DNA from: Chlorokybus atmophyticus
Taxonomy: Eukaryota; Plantae; Mesostigma and Chlorokybus algae
Assembly (NCBI GenBank): GCA_009103225.1
Contig: RHPI01003762.1
Span: 216,956 to 267,477, forward strand
Length of the DNA: 50,522 bases
Direction: 5' to 3'
Shown: in pieces, positions 10,986 through 23,310 of the stretch
How positions within the stretch are numbered: position 1 is the first letter of the stretch
Layout of the letters: each line of letters starts with the position of its first letter
Program-made: the position numbers and the translations under genes
Notes under the pieces: generated by a model
The model's input: the letters and a program-made list of their open reading frames with translations, nothing else
Told to the model about the DNA's origin: nothing
Databases searched by the model: none

Positions 10986-12530
10986 ATGGAGCCTTCCATC
11001 TCAACCAACTCCATGCGCTTCGCCGAACGCCCTGGCACCACCTCACTTGATGAGTTCATCATCAAGTTCCACTCCAAGATGCGGCAGCAAGCCCTCAAGA
11101 GCAAAGACTAGACAGATGAGGTATCGTTTCATGTGTCCGCTCAATACCTTGATCACGAAGCACATGATGTGTGGAAGTCCGTTGCTGAGTTGCACAAGAT
11201 TGACGGCTACGGCGAGCTGGCTAGTACCATAGCCTCCGCATCACTGCATCCCCCATCAGCTGCTGTCTCTATAGCAACGGCCCCACCAGCATTATTCACT
11301 GGTCTCACCCTAGCCGCAGCCATGGAGAAGGCAATAAATGAAGAAATTGAGGTGGCAGTGGCTTCCTTAACTCCTGCAGAGATTAAGGCCAAGAAGGCTG
11401 ATCGTCGGAATAGGATACTCAACCTCACCGCTGCCATCATCAAGGAGCAACAAGCTGCAGCGTTGGAAGTGGCTACTCCCTTGCTACCAACACCGAGCTC
11501 GCGTGCTCCAGCAGGAGGCTTTTCACCCTCGGATCCGTGGCATTGCGTGCACTCGCGCTTACGGTGGGCACTGCCATGTCGGACTCTCTTTCGAAAGACC
11601 TCTAAGCCGCACTTCGGCGTACGTTCCCTCAAACTAACAGCAAGGTGGAGGAGTTGAGGTGCTTTTCATAGAAGCCCAACGAGGACCCTTTTCGGCTGTA
11701 TTCGCGGTTGGAAGGGTTGCTTAAAGACATTGACTATAACATCGATAGTGAGGAGGCGGCAGCAGTGGTGTATGTGGCCGAGTTGGATCCCACCTTGAGC
11801 GAGTCAATGCGCCTAACGCTGAACTACAGCAGGCCCCTTGGCTACCTCCTCAAGGAAGCTTTCGAGATTGCACAAGCCATCCACAAGCGCGCGGTGTATG
11901 GGAAAGCAGTGCTGGACACCACCCGCAGTGCCTCACGACCTATAGCAGGAACAAGTGTAGAGCCCCCTCGGCGAGACCGCAGTCAGAGAGACTCAAGGAG
12001 TTCACAACAAGCATGAACGGTCAGCTCATGCTGCCCTTGTTGCTCCAGTGGTCTGCCATCGGTGTGGTCGGTATGGCCACTACAAAAAGGAGTGCACCGA
12101 AGAGTATGGCAACCTTGTGTGCGACTATTGCCACAAGACGGGACACTTGGAGACCGTATGCTGGCTCAAGTTCCCTGAGCTGCGGCCCTCTATTGGCTAC
12201 AACATCTGCAACAGCGCTGGTGGCTACTGCGGCAACAACAACAACAACAACGGGGGCTACCACAACAGCAACAACACTGGCGACCACAACAACGGCAACA
12301 ACACTGGTGGCAACCACCCCAACATCCTCAATGCCGGCAACCGCAGAGAGGAGCCGGGCTACAGATGGAAACACCGCCCTCCACACCGCAAAGGACCTGA
12401 GGGACGTCCTCGTGCTGGAGCGGCGGCTGTCAAAGCACCAGCACCTCAATTAGCCGTTGACCAAGTTGCAGCCCTTATGGCGCGCGTGGCACAACTGGAA
12501 GAGGACAAGGAGCACGATGATCAAGCCTGC
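10986..12530 (+). pseudogene. gag: gag with two CCHC zinc knuckles
   Basis: CHRCGRYGHYKKEC and CDYCHKTGHLETVC in ORF 12048. Upstream capsid-like pieces (SLDEFIIKF..., LYSRLEGLLKDI...) are broken by stops and frameshifts. Confidence 0.75.
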
Positions 12531-14759
12531 TGCTCTGCCCACTGGGCTTTAATGACACCAAAACGGGACACTCCCCCGCCATCGCGTGTGTTACCAAAAA
12601 GACGTGCGCGCAGAGAAGCTGGCGCATCAGCATTAGCGGCATTGTCAAAAGATACAAATGCTGATGCCTTGGCAGCCATTACCACTGGTGGGACGACGCC
12701 GTCAACAATATCATCGGCATCCACACCAACCACGACAGCAGGTGCAAGGACCCCTGGCACCATGCTATCTTCGGTGATGGAAAGCACTGCCGCGGCAGCC
12801 ATGGCCGGCGGGTTTGTGGGTGGTGAAGCTACCACTCCTGCCTCCATTAGAGCCGCAACATTAGCCACGACTGCTGCCACCCTCACTGCTGCAACCTCGG
12901 TGACGACAGCTGCTGCAGGTGCCACAACCATCACTTGAAGTGATGCTGCCGCACCCACGGCAATACCACCTGAGGTTCGAGCAGCACCGCCACCAGCACT
13001 TGATGTCACTCAGCAAGTGCCACGCGGACCGCAAGCAGACCGAGCCTGGGCTTCCGTTCTGCGCAACATCGAGCCCACCACCATTGCGCACGGATTGGCG
13101 GGGCTGCGCACCACACGCGTGGCACGCAATGATCGCATCTTGCCCCTACCACCTCCATAGTACCACACGCTGCCGGAACCCACCCAGCAACAACTGGAGA
13201 ACAAAATTCTCGTCGGCACTGCTCCAGAGATGCGGGATTAGCTTCTCAGGGTTACCTACCGGCGACCTGCTGTGTTGGAGCTGGCTATACATCTGTTCTT
13301 GGCGTTGCATGCAAGGCTGCAGGGCGCACCCAGTCAATCGCGAACTCCAATGCCCGCGCAACAGATTGGCTTCGAGCCCTCACCACTGGACCCGCTCGGA
13401 CTTCAGCGCCGCAGAATACAAGACCTCGTGGTGACCACGTCGGACATGCCGTTGGGCACTGACCCTGGGCTTCGAGGGCTCACTCAGGGAAGCCTGCATG
13501 AGCGGTTTTCTGCCCTCGAATAAGCACATCGCTATCGAGTGGACCAAGCAGCATAAGTTGACGCACGCCGTCAAGCATACAAAGCAGCACACGCCGTTCC
13601 AGTGCCGACCGCTGCGCCGGCGGATGTCGCCAGCACCTCCACTACACTGACCGTGGTGCAGCCCACATCAACTGCAGTCGCTCCGCAAGGGCAGCAACTG
13701 TTGCGGACCAAGCAAGGGCGTTGGCGCAACAATTGAGGGGGGTAATTGCCCAGCTGCTGCCTCCTTTGGTTGAAGACATGCCCGAGGATCAACGCAATTC
13801 AGGGCGAGGGTACCTCACCCCACAAGGGGACACTACACAACGAGGAGGAGCTGGTATGGTGAGCAACAACTCCATACCGCACTCATACGAAAATCAGTTA
13901 TGCTGCACAGGCCTGAGGGCAGTGCATTAAGACAGGTGATGGGGATGCGAGAAGGCAGCCACCCTAGCACGTCTGGTGACATGGCTCGTCGCTAATCACC
14001 CTGCCGTCCCCGTGTTTACCTTTGACATCAGAGCATCACGGTGGGGGGCATTTGTTCGCTCGCTGCGACAAGCATACAAGGCTGCCACCACGGCTCCGGA
14101 CACGTTGAAGGGAGTGCAAGAGGCAATGCTGCGGTTGCCAGGGGTGAAAGCAGCGCGGCAATGACGGCGCATTGCCATTGCTCATGAGCTACACGCACAG
14201 CAGATGGACCTCTAGCGCACCATACGTGCACGCACCATAACCGTGGTCGTTTTCGGTTTGGTACAAGGAAGGTGGGATGCCTACATGGCAGGGATCTTGC
14301 GAGTCACCACCATCACCCACGACATGCTGCGACAGCTACTACACGCAGTGTACCTGCAACCCATGCCTCAATACCATCATTGGCCTGACATGGACACGGA
14401 GCCCACGGCCACGTGGGAAGGGACATTGGTCAGGGAGGCGACTCATGACGTCCAACGGACATACGCAGCAGAGCAACCTGAACGCGAGGCAGGCCCACAA
14501 ACACCGGGTCCTCCGAGTTTTCCTCCACAACCATTGGGTACACCCGCGGGCATGATCCCATCCTCGCAAAGGCAGCATCCACCTGCACCGCCACCACAAC
14601 CGGCGCTGGAACCCCTAGCACCAAGGCTTCCCCGTGTCTACCAACCACTACGACAAGGTCGGTTCGGCAGGGGGAGAGGGCAAGGAGGGGGTCCTCCGGA
14701 CCCAGCAGGTAGAGGAGCTTTAACTGCACTATGCTCAGCACTCCCAGCTGAGAGACATG

Positions 14760-15163
14760 AGGCCCCAATGGTGGCAGCCCGCACGGGGAGGCTGCGCATC
14801 AACGCCAATGCGGCCATGGTTGCCAATCAAGGCCAGCACGTGACCGTCAACGTGCTGGCACCCAAGCATGTGATGCTGGACACCGGAGCACAGCCTGTCA
14901 TCATTGGGCGTTTTCTTACTCGGTCCCTTGGCATCACCAGCTTGGACTTGCGGCCTTATCCATATGTGTTGGACACCGCTACCGGCAGTGGCGACAAGGT
15001 GATGGGGATCACCAAGGAGGCCCTCTGCATCCGTTTGACAGGGTTGGACCCAACCCACACCACGGAGATCATTCAGCAATTCGTGGTCACCAACGCCGGC
15101 TCCTTCGATTTTTTGCTTGGACAGGACTTCAACTTCCCCGTGGGCATGGGCATGGACTGCTGA
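14760..15163 (+). pseudogene. Retroviral-type aspartic protease
   Basis: HVMLDTGAQPVIIG active-site motif and FDFLLG flap/end motif. Confidence 0.8.
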
Positions 15164-15597
15164 ATAGAGCGGGCTTTGTTCCGACCACATTGGGATGAAG
15201 ATGACGAAGAGGTACATGGCTACCTGCCCCTCGAGTTGGTTTCATGCACGCGTGCCCCACGCAAAGTGGCTGCCGCAGCCACACGCAGTTACGTGCGCGC
15301 TCGGGAGGCTGCATCGGCCACATATGACAGCGCTCGCACAAGAGTCGCTGCTGTCGCCGCCGCCCCTTGCCGCACCGGCGACACGGCTCCCATTCCTTAC
15401 AATAAGGAGCATAAGGATGCCACCGTTGAAGTGGCATTACAAAATCCGGCCCGAACGCCGTTGGCTTGCGCAAGTGGACACGCACCTCTTGCTGACCCAG
15501 CCGTTGGGCACCTCACGCTTTCATCTACATGGGACACGGCAAGGTGCAAAGTCAACACATGGTAGCCACGGGGGTGGTGGAGTTCCATACCTTCTGG

Positions 15598-16070
15598 CCA
15601 CAGCAGGGCATTACAGTGTTGGAGCTGTTGGGAGGCATCGGCAGTGGCCTCGCTGCGGTCCTAAACACAGGTGTTAAACAAACAGCCTTAAGCACCATCT
15701 GCATCAGCTGCACGAGCGCTATCCACAGCAACCGACCTTCGGTGTTGCAAGGCAGCCTCAAGGCATATGTCAAGCTTGACCACAGCCACTTCTACCTATG
15801 CAACCAACCGGGGCAACCGCGACGCGCACTTCCCACTTTAGTGTCCTACCCGGGGTCCTACGCCTCTCGTAATGGAGGTGACGGCATGGTGTTCGACAGC
15901 ACAACAAAGCAATCCACAGCACGTGAGCACGAACGCGCCATGGGCTTCTTGCCCGACAGTATCATAGGGTCCCAGCTAACCCGATTATTAGCAATGTCAA
16001 CTGCTCGGCCGCGCCATGGACCAAAACAGCATGCTCTGGTTGCTGGAGCTGAGTTTCGCATTGCAGGACC
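15598..16070 (+). pseudogene. C5 cytosine DNA methyltransferase remnant (DNMT3/DRM-like) inside pol
   Basis: Motif I-like ITVLELLGGIGSG (15610-15648), motif IX-like EHERAMGF (15925-15948) and motif X-like QLLGRAMD (15998-16021). No PCQ or ENV motif is visible, so the centre appears deleted. Confidence 0.65.
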
Positions 16071-17620
16071 GCCATGTGTCCTTTGAGGATCTTGAACACC
16101 TAGCTGGGGGGTGGGCTGATTACGTTGCAGACACCAAGGCAGCTAACACAGCCCTCGAGGTGGCCCACATGGAGGAGCAAGCCGCACTGACAGTGGAAGA
16201 CATCCCCGTGGTTGCAAACGCAATGTCATGGGACCACGCCATTGGCCCTTTTGCCACAGATGACACACGAGAGAAGCTGGAGACTCTCCTCAACAAGTGG
16301 AGGAGCCAATTTAGCTTCAACGTAAAGGAGCTGGGTACATGTTTAGTGTACCAGATGGACATTGAGCTAATGGACACCGAGCCGGTGTTCCAACGGCAAT
16401 ACAAGCTCTCCAAGGTGGAGGAGGACCTGGTGGAGCAAAGATGTAAGGCTCTGCTGGACGCAGGCCTTATTGAGGAGTCCACATCGGACTTTGCCGCCGC
16501 GGTCATGCCATTGAAGAGAGATTCAGTTGGCAATTGTACAGAACGAAGTATGTGCGGCGACAATTGCCCCCTCAACAACAAGATCAAACAAGACAGGTAC
16601 CCAATGCCTACAACAGAAGGTATCTTCGACGATGTAGGAGACTGCACAGTCTTCAGCCCTCAACATGCGCCAAGGGTACAATCAAATCGCCATTAAAGAC
16701 GAGGACAAGCACAAGTCTTCCTTCTGAGGCAACCGACAACTATACCAATGAAAGGTGATGCCGTTCGGGCTGAAGAGCCCCCTGCTAAGTTCCAGCGCGT
16801 CATGCACAAAGCCTTGAAAGGGCTGGACTTCGCGCGATGCTACATTGATGACATCCTCATCTTCAGCCGCAGCAACGAAAAGCACCTATAGCACATCGAG
16901 GAGGTGCCGGTGAGACTCAAGGGGGTGGGGATAGCAATGCACCCCGACAAGTGCACTTTCTTCACTCACAAGGTATCACACCTTGGGCACATAATTGTGC
17001 CCCACGGTGTGTACATACAGCAGGCAAAGGTGGAGGCCCTGGAAGCTATCCCTGCTCCAACGGACCTTACGCGCCTGCGCGCTTTCTTGGGGCTTGCCAA
17101 CTATTATCGCCGATTCATGAAGGACTTCGCAAAGATTGCGCGGCCCCTCAACGAGCTACTGAAGAAAGAAGTGGAGTTTGCGTGGAAGGAGTCACAGGAG
17201 CAGGCTTCTCAGGAGATAAAGGGCAAGCTCACCATAGCTCCCATCCTTCAACGCCCTGACTACACCAAGCCCTTCATCCTCCACACCGACTGGAGCAAGC
17301 TTGGGATGGGGGATGTGCTGGTGCACGATGAGAATAAGAAGGAGCGGGTGGTGTCATATGCCAGCGGAAGCAATAACAGCACCGAGGCCAACTACAGCAG
17401 CTACGAGGGGGAGTGCCTCAATGCAGTGTGGGCTATCTCTTTCTTCCGACCTTTCCTCTTTATTTGACAATTCGAGTTGATCACCGATCATCAGCCACTC
17501 AAGTGGTTGATGACCAACCAACCTCTGACAGGGAAACTTGCTTGCTGGGCCCTGCTATTGCAGTAGTATAACTTCGAGCTCGACCACTGCGCCGGTCTTA
17601 CCAACCAAGACGCCTGTGGC
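16016..17620 (+). pseudogene. pol: Reverse transcriptase and RNase H
   Basis: DRYPMP, KVMPFGL, CYIDDILIFS (about 16840), LRAFLGLANYYRRF, PFILHTDWS, NYSSYEGEC, ITDHQPL; several stops and frameshifts. Confidence 0.9.
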
Positions 17621-17950
17621 CTCAGTCGTAACCCTCACCTCAGCACCAACGGTACAACCGGAGCTCGGCATGAGCTCGGCCCTACAGCAGCAGCTCCCAC
17701 CGTGGCAGTTATGTTGGCTGCTGCCGCATTACGCTCAGGGCGCAAGACCAACACTACTGCCACATTGACGGCGGAGGAGATTCTTGCCCTTGAGTCTACC
17801 TGCCTCACAGTGACTAAACCCCTAAGGGACGCCCTCGCAGTCGACCTTGAAGTCGATGACACCGAGCTGGCACCCACTGACACCAGGTTGGACATATGGC
17901 TGAACCAGCCACCACTTTCCTTCCTTTAAAATGGCCAGCTTCCATCCAGC

Positions 17951-18960
17951 ATGAGTGCACGAGAGAGAGATCGTGTTAACCAATGCACCCGCCACTATCG
18001 GTGGGCAGACGGCAAGCTGTATCGCCGTTTTCATGATGAAGACAAGGAGGTGCCGACACCAGCCACACGCGAGGGCATCATTGCTGCCCTCCACACTGAG
18101 TTTGGACATTTCGGTGTCAAGCGTACAGTCAGCCTAGTAAGAGCACGATATTGGTGGTATGAGTTGTCCAAGCAGGTGCAGGAATTCGTAGGTCACTGCC
18201 AATAGTGTGACCTGGTGCGCGCCAGCCTCAACACACGCAGCGCCACCTTGCATCCACTACCCATCTCGGGTCTCTTCTATCGTTGGGGACTCGACATCTT
18301 GGGAGACTTGGCACCCTCGGCACTTGGCAACTGTTACGTCCTGGTCATGATCGAGCACTTCTCCATATGGGTGGAGCTGGTGCCACTACCCGACAAGGGC
18401 AGCAGGGGGGTGTCTCAAGCCTTCCTCTCCCATATCCTCAGCCGGTTCGGCAGCTGTGCTGAGGTCATCACCGACGAAGGCACTGAGTTCAGAGGGGAGT
18501 TCGACACCCTTTTCGATATATGCTACATCAATCATCGCCGTACTGCGCGTGACCACCCCCATGCCAACGGTCTCACTGAGCGTATAGTGCAGACCATTAA
18601 GAAGGCACTCCGCAAGTACGTGCTGGACTATGAGAAGAACACCTGGGATGACCACCTTCCGTGGGTGGCCCTTTGATACCGATTGTCAAAGCAGGCGGCT
18701 CTGCGCGAGTACAACCCATACTACCTGCTGTTCGACCGTCCGCCATTGCTTCCCTGTCGTGCACAGCAGGAAGTAGATCGTGTGGTGAACAATCTTGACG
18801 ATCCCGACTTGATGCACCACGACATTATCACACGTGCCGCGCTGTTCGAGCGCACCGTCCCTATGGCCTTCAACAACCTATGCATCGCGCTGCACCGCGA
18901 CACTCTGCGCTACGAGCGTGTGCGCAGCAGCTTCTACAAGGAGTGCCAATGGCGGTTTTA
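17951..18960 (+). pseudogene. Integrase (HHCC zinc-binding plus DDE core)
   Basis: LHTEFGHFGVKRT...CQ*CD, RWGLDILG, VITDEGTEF, HPHANGLTERIVQTIKKAL. Confidence 0.9.
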
Positions 18961-19190
18961 AGCAGGGCTTTGCCTACCGCATGGCAGCCACCAAGGACAC
19001 GCTCGACACCTCCGTGAACCGCACCGTCTACAAGGTACTCAAGGTGTACCCCACAGGGGTGCTGGACCTCCTGAGTAAAAACGGAGAGAGGTTGAAAGAC
19101 AACAACATGGTGAACTGCGCGCCATGTCACCTCCCTTATGTAGCCGGCTTTAGGCGCATCCAGCACCCTCGCCCCGCCCGCAGCACACGC

Positions 19191-19328
19191 TGTGAACGCT
19201 GCGGCAGCGCCGACGACGACGCACTCATGATGCTCTGCAATGGCTGTGTGAACAAGGGCCTGCAGTGCTACTGTCTGGAGCCCCCATTGGACGCAATATC
19301 CATGGAGGAGTATTGGTGCGACGATTGC
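19191..19328 (+). CDS. PHD finger at the pol C-terminus (part of the pseudogene)
   Basis: CERC-x9-LC-x-GC...QCYCLEPPL...YWCDDC matches C4HC3 spacing; the His position is replaced by Gln. Confidence 0.75.
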
Positions 19329-19402
19329 CGCGCCAACGGCCCTCCTCACTTGCGTTGGTAGCTGAATCTTGGAGCTGGAACCTCCCCAGAAACTCCGGAG
19401 GG

Positions 19403-19644
19403 GTGGCTTGTTTACTGTGTGTCCTACAGCACAGCACGTACACCATGAAAGACACCGACTCCACATGTCCGTATTATTCAGCAGCAGCGAAGCAGCTCCA
19501 CAAAGCCCTTGTCGCAAAAAGAGCTGGGTTATCCTTTGCTTTTGCTACACGTTACAGCATATTAAAGTAGCATGGCTAGCGAGCATGTCTTTCCCCGCAG
19601 GTGTCTGAGACAGCGTGACCCTCAACTCTCCTCGACCCGACAGC
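19403..19644 (+). repeat. Repeat B, copy 1
   Basis: Aligns to about 20231-20478; preceded by the purine run GGAGGGG. Confidence 0.85.
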
Positions 19645-20240
19645 TGTCATTCCTATGTCCGCGCATACCAGCCTTCATCGGGCATGCCTACATTGAAGCC
19701 CTCACCCGGCCTACCAGCATACCGACCTGCGCGCGTCAATGACCAGTAGCTAGGTCATGACGCTATATTAGCTCATGACCATAGCCTACATAGGCACCGC
19801 GCGTAGCTGTTCGGTTATGTGAGTTCAGATATAAGTTGTGTTTTATAGCGAGTGGGGATTATTGTGGAGATAGCCTCGATATGACCATTAGCTTATGTTC
19901 CGAATAGTCATGATTTGATTTGTATAAGTAGTCACGGTGTTTACCGGATCAGCTGGTGACACTGTCAGTGAGAAAGCTAAGAGCTTGTGAAACTTGAACC
20001 ACGAACACGCCGTCCCGGTTACCAACAAACCCCTCACCATGTGAGAGCCATTGCATGCTCGTGTGCGCCGCGCTGTCACTGCTATGAGCATGGTGTGCTT
20101 GGTTGCGGTGTGCGAGTTGGCATCAGTCAAAGCATAGCATCCCCGTGTTGCTTGCTCATTCACCTCACTTAATAGTGTAACACATTTTCCACTTATGCAA
20201 AGAAATATGCAAACAGCACTACATATAGTAATGGTTTATT
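19645..20240 (+). repeat. LTR-like repeat A, copy 2
   Basis: Aligns to 9971-10568. Confidence 0.85.
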
Positions 20241-20478
20241 GATTGTGTTTCCTACAGCACAGCATGTATATCAAGGAGGACACCGACTCCACATGTCCGT
20301 ATTATTCAGCAGCAGCGGAGCAGCTCCACAAAGCACTTGTCGCCAGAAGAGCTAAGTTGTCTTTTGCTTTTGCTACACGCTACATCATGTTGCAATAGCA
20401 TGGCTAGCGAGCATGTCTTTCCCCGCAGCTGTGCAAGACAGCGTGACCCTCGACTCTTCTCGACCCGACATTTGTCAT
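20231..20478 (+). repeat. Repeat B, copy 2
   Basis: Shares blocks such as GACACCGACTCCACATGTCCGTATTATTCAGCAGCAGCG and GCATGGCTAGCGAGCATGTCTTTCCCCGCAG with copy 1. Confidence 0.85.
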
Positions 20479-22026
20479 GCAGCCTTTATGACTGTGCAAC
20501 GTAAGGTGTGATGGCGACTAGCGCCTACCGTATTGCGGGACTACTTGACGCACGCAATGCAACCTGCACGAAGCGCACACGAAGAACAACTTTCAATAGC
20601 CCGGCTTGTTGGCAAGTAAAGTTACCGAAGGCGCGGCAACGCTGCGCGCTGTTGTCTTATATGTGATGTTACTTAATTGTAAAATTGCAAATGCTCATAG
20701 CAAGTGTGATGATGTATTGCAAATATGTTGTGCAGAATATATCAAAATGATTTTGCACAAGTATAAAATACCATTTGCAACAGCGTGCGTTGTAACAAGC
20801 ACACATCGTATATATAGTCACACGTTCTGCTTGCAAGAGTGCTTTTAGAAAGTGATTTGCAGTAACGCAGCTATGCGTGTTACGTTTTGTCATGATCAAG
20901 CGTAAAATGCACAGCATGTTTTGCCGATAGTGGCTGGCTTACACGTCTAACGCGTGTGCTAATTGTAGCACAACCCTCAAGCCTCGTGTTTGACACACAT
21001 GACCTCACAATAGACAATGTTACTTGGATGAATTCCACCCTTTGCATATGAAAAGCAAGTACACGTGAATGTAAGATTTGTGAGCTGATTGGTACATGCA
21101 TTTGCACAACATCACTGACTTAACCATGCAGTTAGCAACATGCACTTTCATGTTGCATATACGATTATCAGGCAAACCACCTGTAAACTTTGCACATCCG
21201 GCCGTCACGATTATCACGACTTTACTTTCGGATTCAGTAGTGATATGTTTTTTTAATTGACATGCCACTATGCATGATAGGTAGAGGCATGTTTTTTGAG
21301 ACATTTAGGTTTTGCTCAATTCCTCAAAACATTTCGTATACAATTCCGCCATTCAACTCGTTATGATTATGAGATAGCAACACTCGTCGGGACGCAGCGA
21401 GCGGCCAGCTATCTCTCACCGTGGGAGCTACTCGAGCTGTCTGTCACCGCCGATCGACCTACAACGTTTGCCGACCGTTCAGATATCGTTGCATTTCAAA
21501 GTTGAACGGCACAAGTTGCACTGATGATTTCATTTGGTTTTCGTTACCGTCCTGTCCAATGGCTATGCGCGCACGTGCAAATAATAGCGGCGGCTAGAAG
21601 TTTAAAACTTCTGGCCGTCTGTGGGCTGCTGCCTGAGCGGCGGAGGCAGCGGTAGTCGCTGGCGTGTAAAGCTACAGCGCTGCAGAGCTGCACCACGGTG
21701 CTGTGTGTAATGTTGAAGTCAAGCTTGAACGGAAAAAAGTTTCACCCTGCGTTGGCTCCGTGCCTGTGTTTCACACATGCACGTGCGCACACTCTTTCAC
21801 ACACTTGCGTTGATGCTTACATGTTTGCTGCCTCCCCCTCTAGAGATCGGCATCCCCCACTCTACACGCGCTACCTTGAGAGACTGGTGCTCAGCACGCA
21901 CATGTGCATGGGTACATACGCACACACGAATGCGCGCACAATGTTTTTGTGCGTGACTACATATGTACGATAATAACAGTTGGTAGAGCAAGTGCAACTG
22001 GCACACAACAGTCGCATATGTTGCAG

Positions 22027-22492
22027 GCCGTCCGAGCTGTGGGGGACGTGGTGGCGACCTACCACAAGGACTCAGTCCCGCACTGCTTTGCTCTTGTTGG
22101 CAGCGCATACAACTCAGAGGTTGGGCTTGTTCAGATCAGCATGCATGGGCACTCGCGCATATGCGGACATGCACGCATGCACGCATAGAGAGACGCACGC
22201 TCACACATGTACACGCGTGGCACTCACGCACATGAAGCTGCATCAAGCATGCACTGACACACCATGCTCACATAAACATGCACGCTCATCCGCACCGCAC
22301 GTGCAAACTCGTGTCGCTGCAGCTTCAGACGCTCAGTGAGCGGCTGAATGTGGTGCTCGCGTTTCATTACAAGGACAATGCTGCCTTGGGTGAGTTGAGA
22401 GCTGCATACCATTTGGCATGTGTGGCTTGAAACACGAGTTGACATGTTCGTATGCTCAGGGGAAGATGGAGCCCATCAGCCGAGAACAGGAG
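22027..22492 (+). pseudogene. Possible exons of an unidentified intron-rich gene
   Basis: CAG-flanked open segments AVRAVGDVVATYHKDSVPHCFALVGSAYNSE (22027-22119) and LQTLSERLNVVLAFHYKDNAAL (22323-22389, GTGAGT donor). No product recognised and later phases are inconsistent. Confidence 0.25.
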
Positions 22493-22539
22493 GTCATGCG
22501 GCACGCCACTGGCCTTAATACGCTGTGTGCAGCGCACGT

Positions 22540-23310
22540 GCATGCGTGTGTGCGCGCTGGTGGGTGGGTGGGTGGGTGGGGTTGGGTGAGCACATGTGTG
22601 TGCGTGCGCGCGCTTGCATGTGCGAGTTGGACAACGCAACCTCACGCACGCTCGCACACGTGCTCGTACACGCATGAGCCAGCACGCACACAGCCTCACA
22701 CTCGCACGCCACATACACGCAGCCTCACGCACTCACGCATGCAGGCACATACATACACACATACATCCATACACGCAGGCCACACGCACGCAGCCTCACG
22801 CATGCACACACGCGACATACCCACAGCCTCACGCCCGCATGCATGCACGCATGCACTTACACGCGCACGCACATACATACACACATACATACATACACGC
22901 ACGCGCACACGGACATGCACGCCACACGCACGCAGCCTCACGCATACACGCACGCGACATACCCACAGCCTCACTCACGCATGCATGCACGCATGCACTT
23001 ACGCGCATGCAAGTGCACACACAATCACGCTTACACACGCCACATACATGCAGCCTCACGCACGCACGCACGCACTGACATACACGCACGCACGCACACG
23101 CACAGGCACGCCACACATATGCAGCCTCACGCATACAGGCACGCTGCATACATACGCACGCACGCACCAGCATGCACACGCATGCGCTACATATACACAG
23201 CTTCACGCACACACTTGCTGGTGCAGGTGTCAACACGCACGCCTCACACGCGTGCCATATATACATAGCCTAACACGCACGCGCACACACGTCCACAGCA
23301 ACTTACACCT
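22540..23310. repeat. CA/ACGC-rich minisatellite and low-complexity tract
   Basis: Recurring GCAGCCTCACGCA unit and an approximately 140-bp duplication (about 22780 vs about 22920). Confidence 0.85.

Larger units (their letters stand above)
9971..20478 (+). mobile_element. Degenerate Ty3/Gypsy retrotransposon (gag-PR-DNMT-RT-RH-INT-PHD) with split direct repeats
   Basis: Domain order PR-RT-RH-INT, many stops and frameshifts. Direct repeats 9971-10568 / 19645-20240 and 19403-19644 / about 20231-20478. Confidence 0.85.

Noticed and set aside
9971-20478. Classifying this element as DIRS/tyrosine-recombinase type
   Set aside because: It has a protease and a DDE integrase in Gypsy order; I could not see a recombinase RHRY motif.
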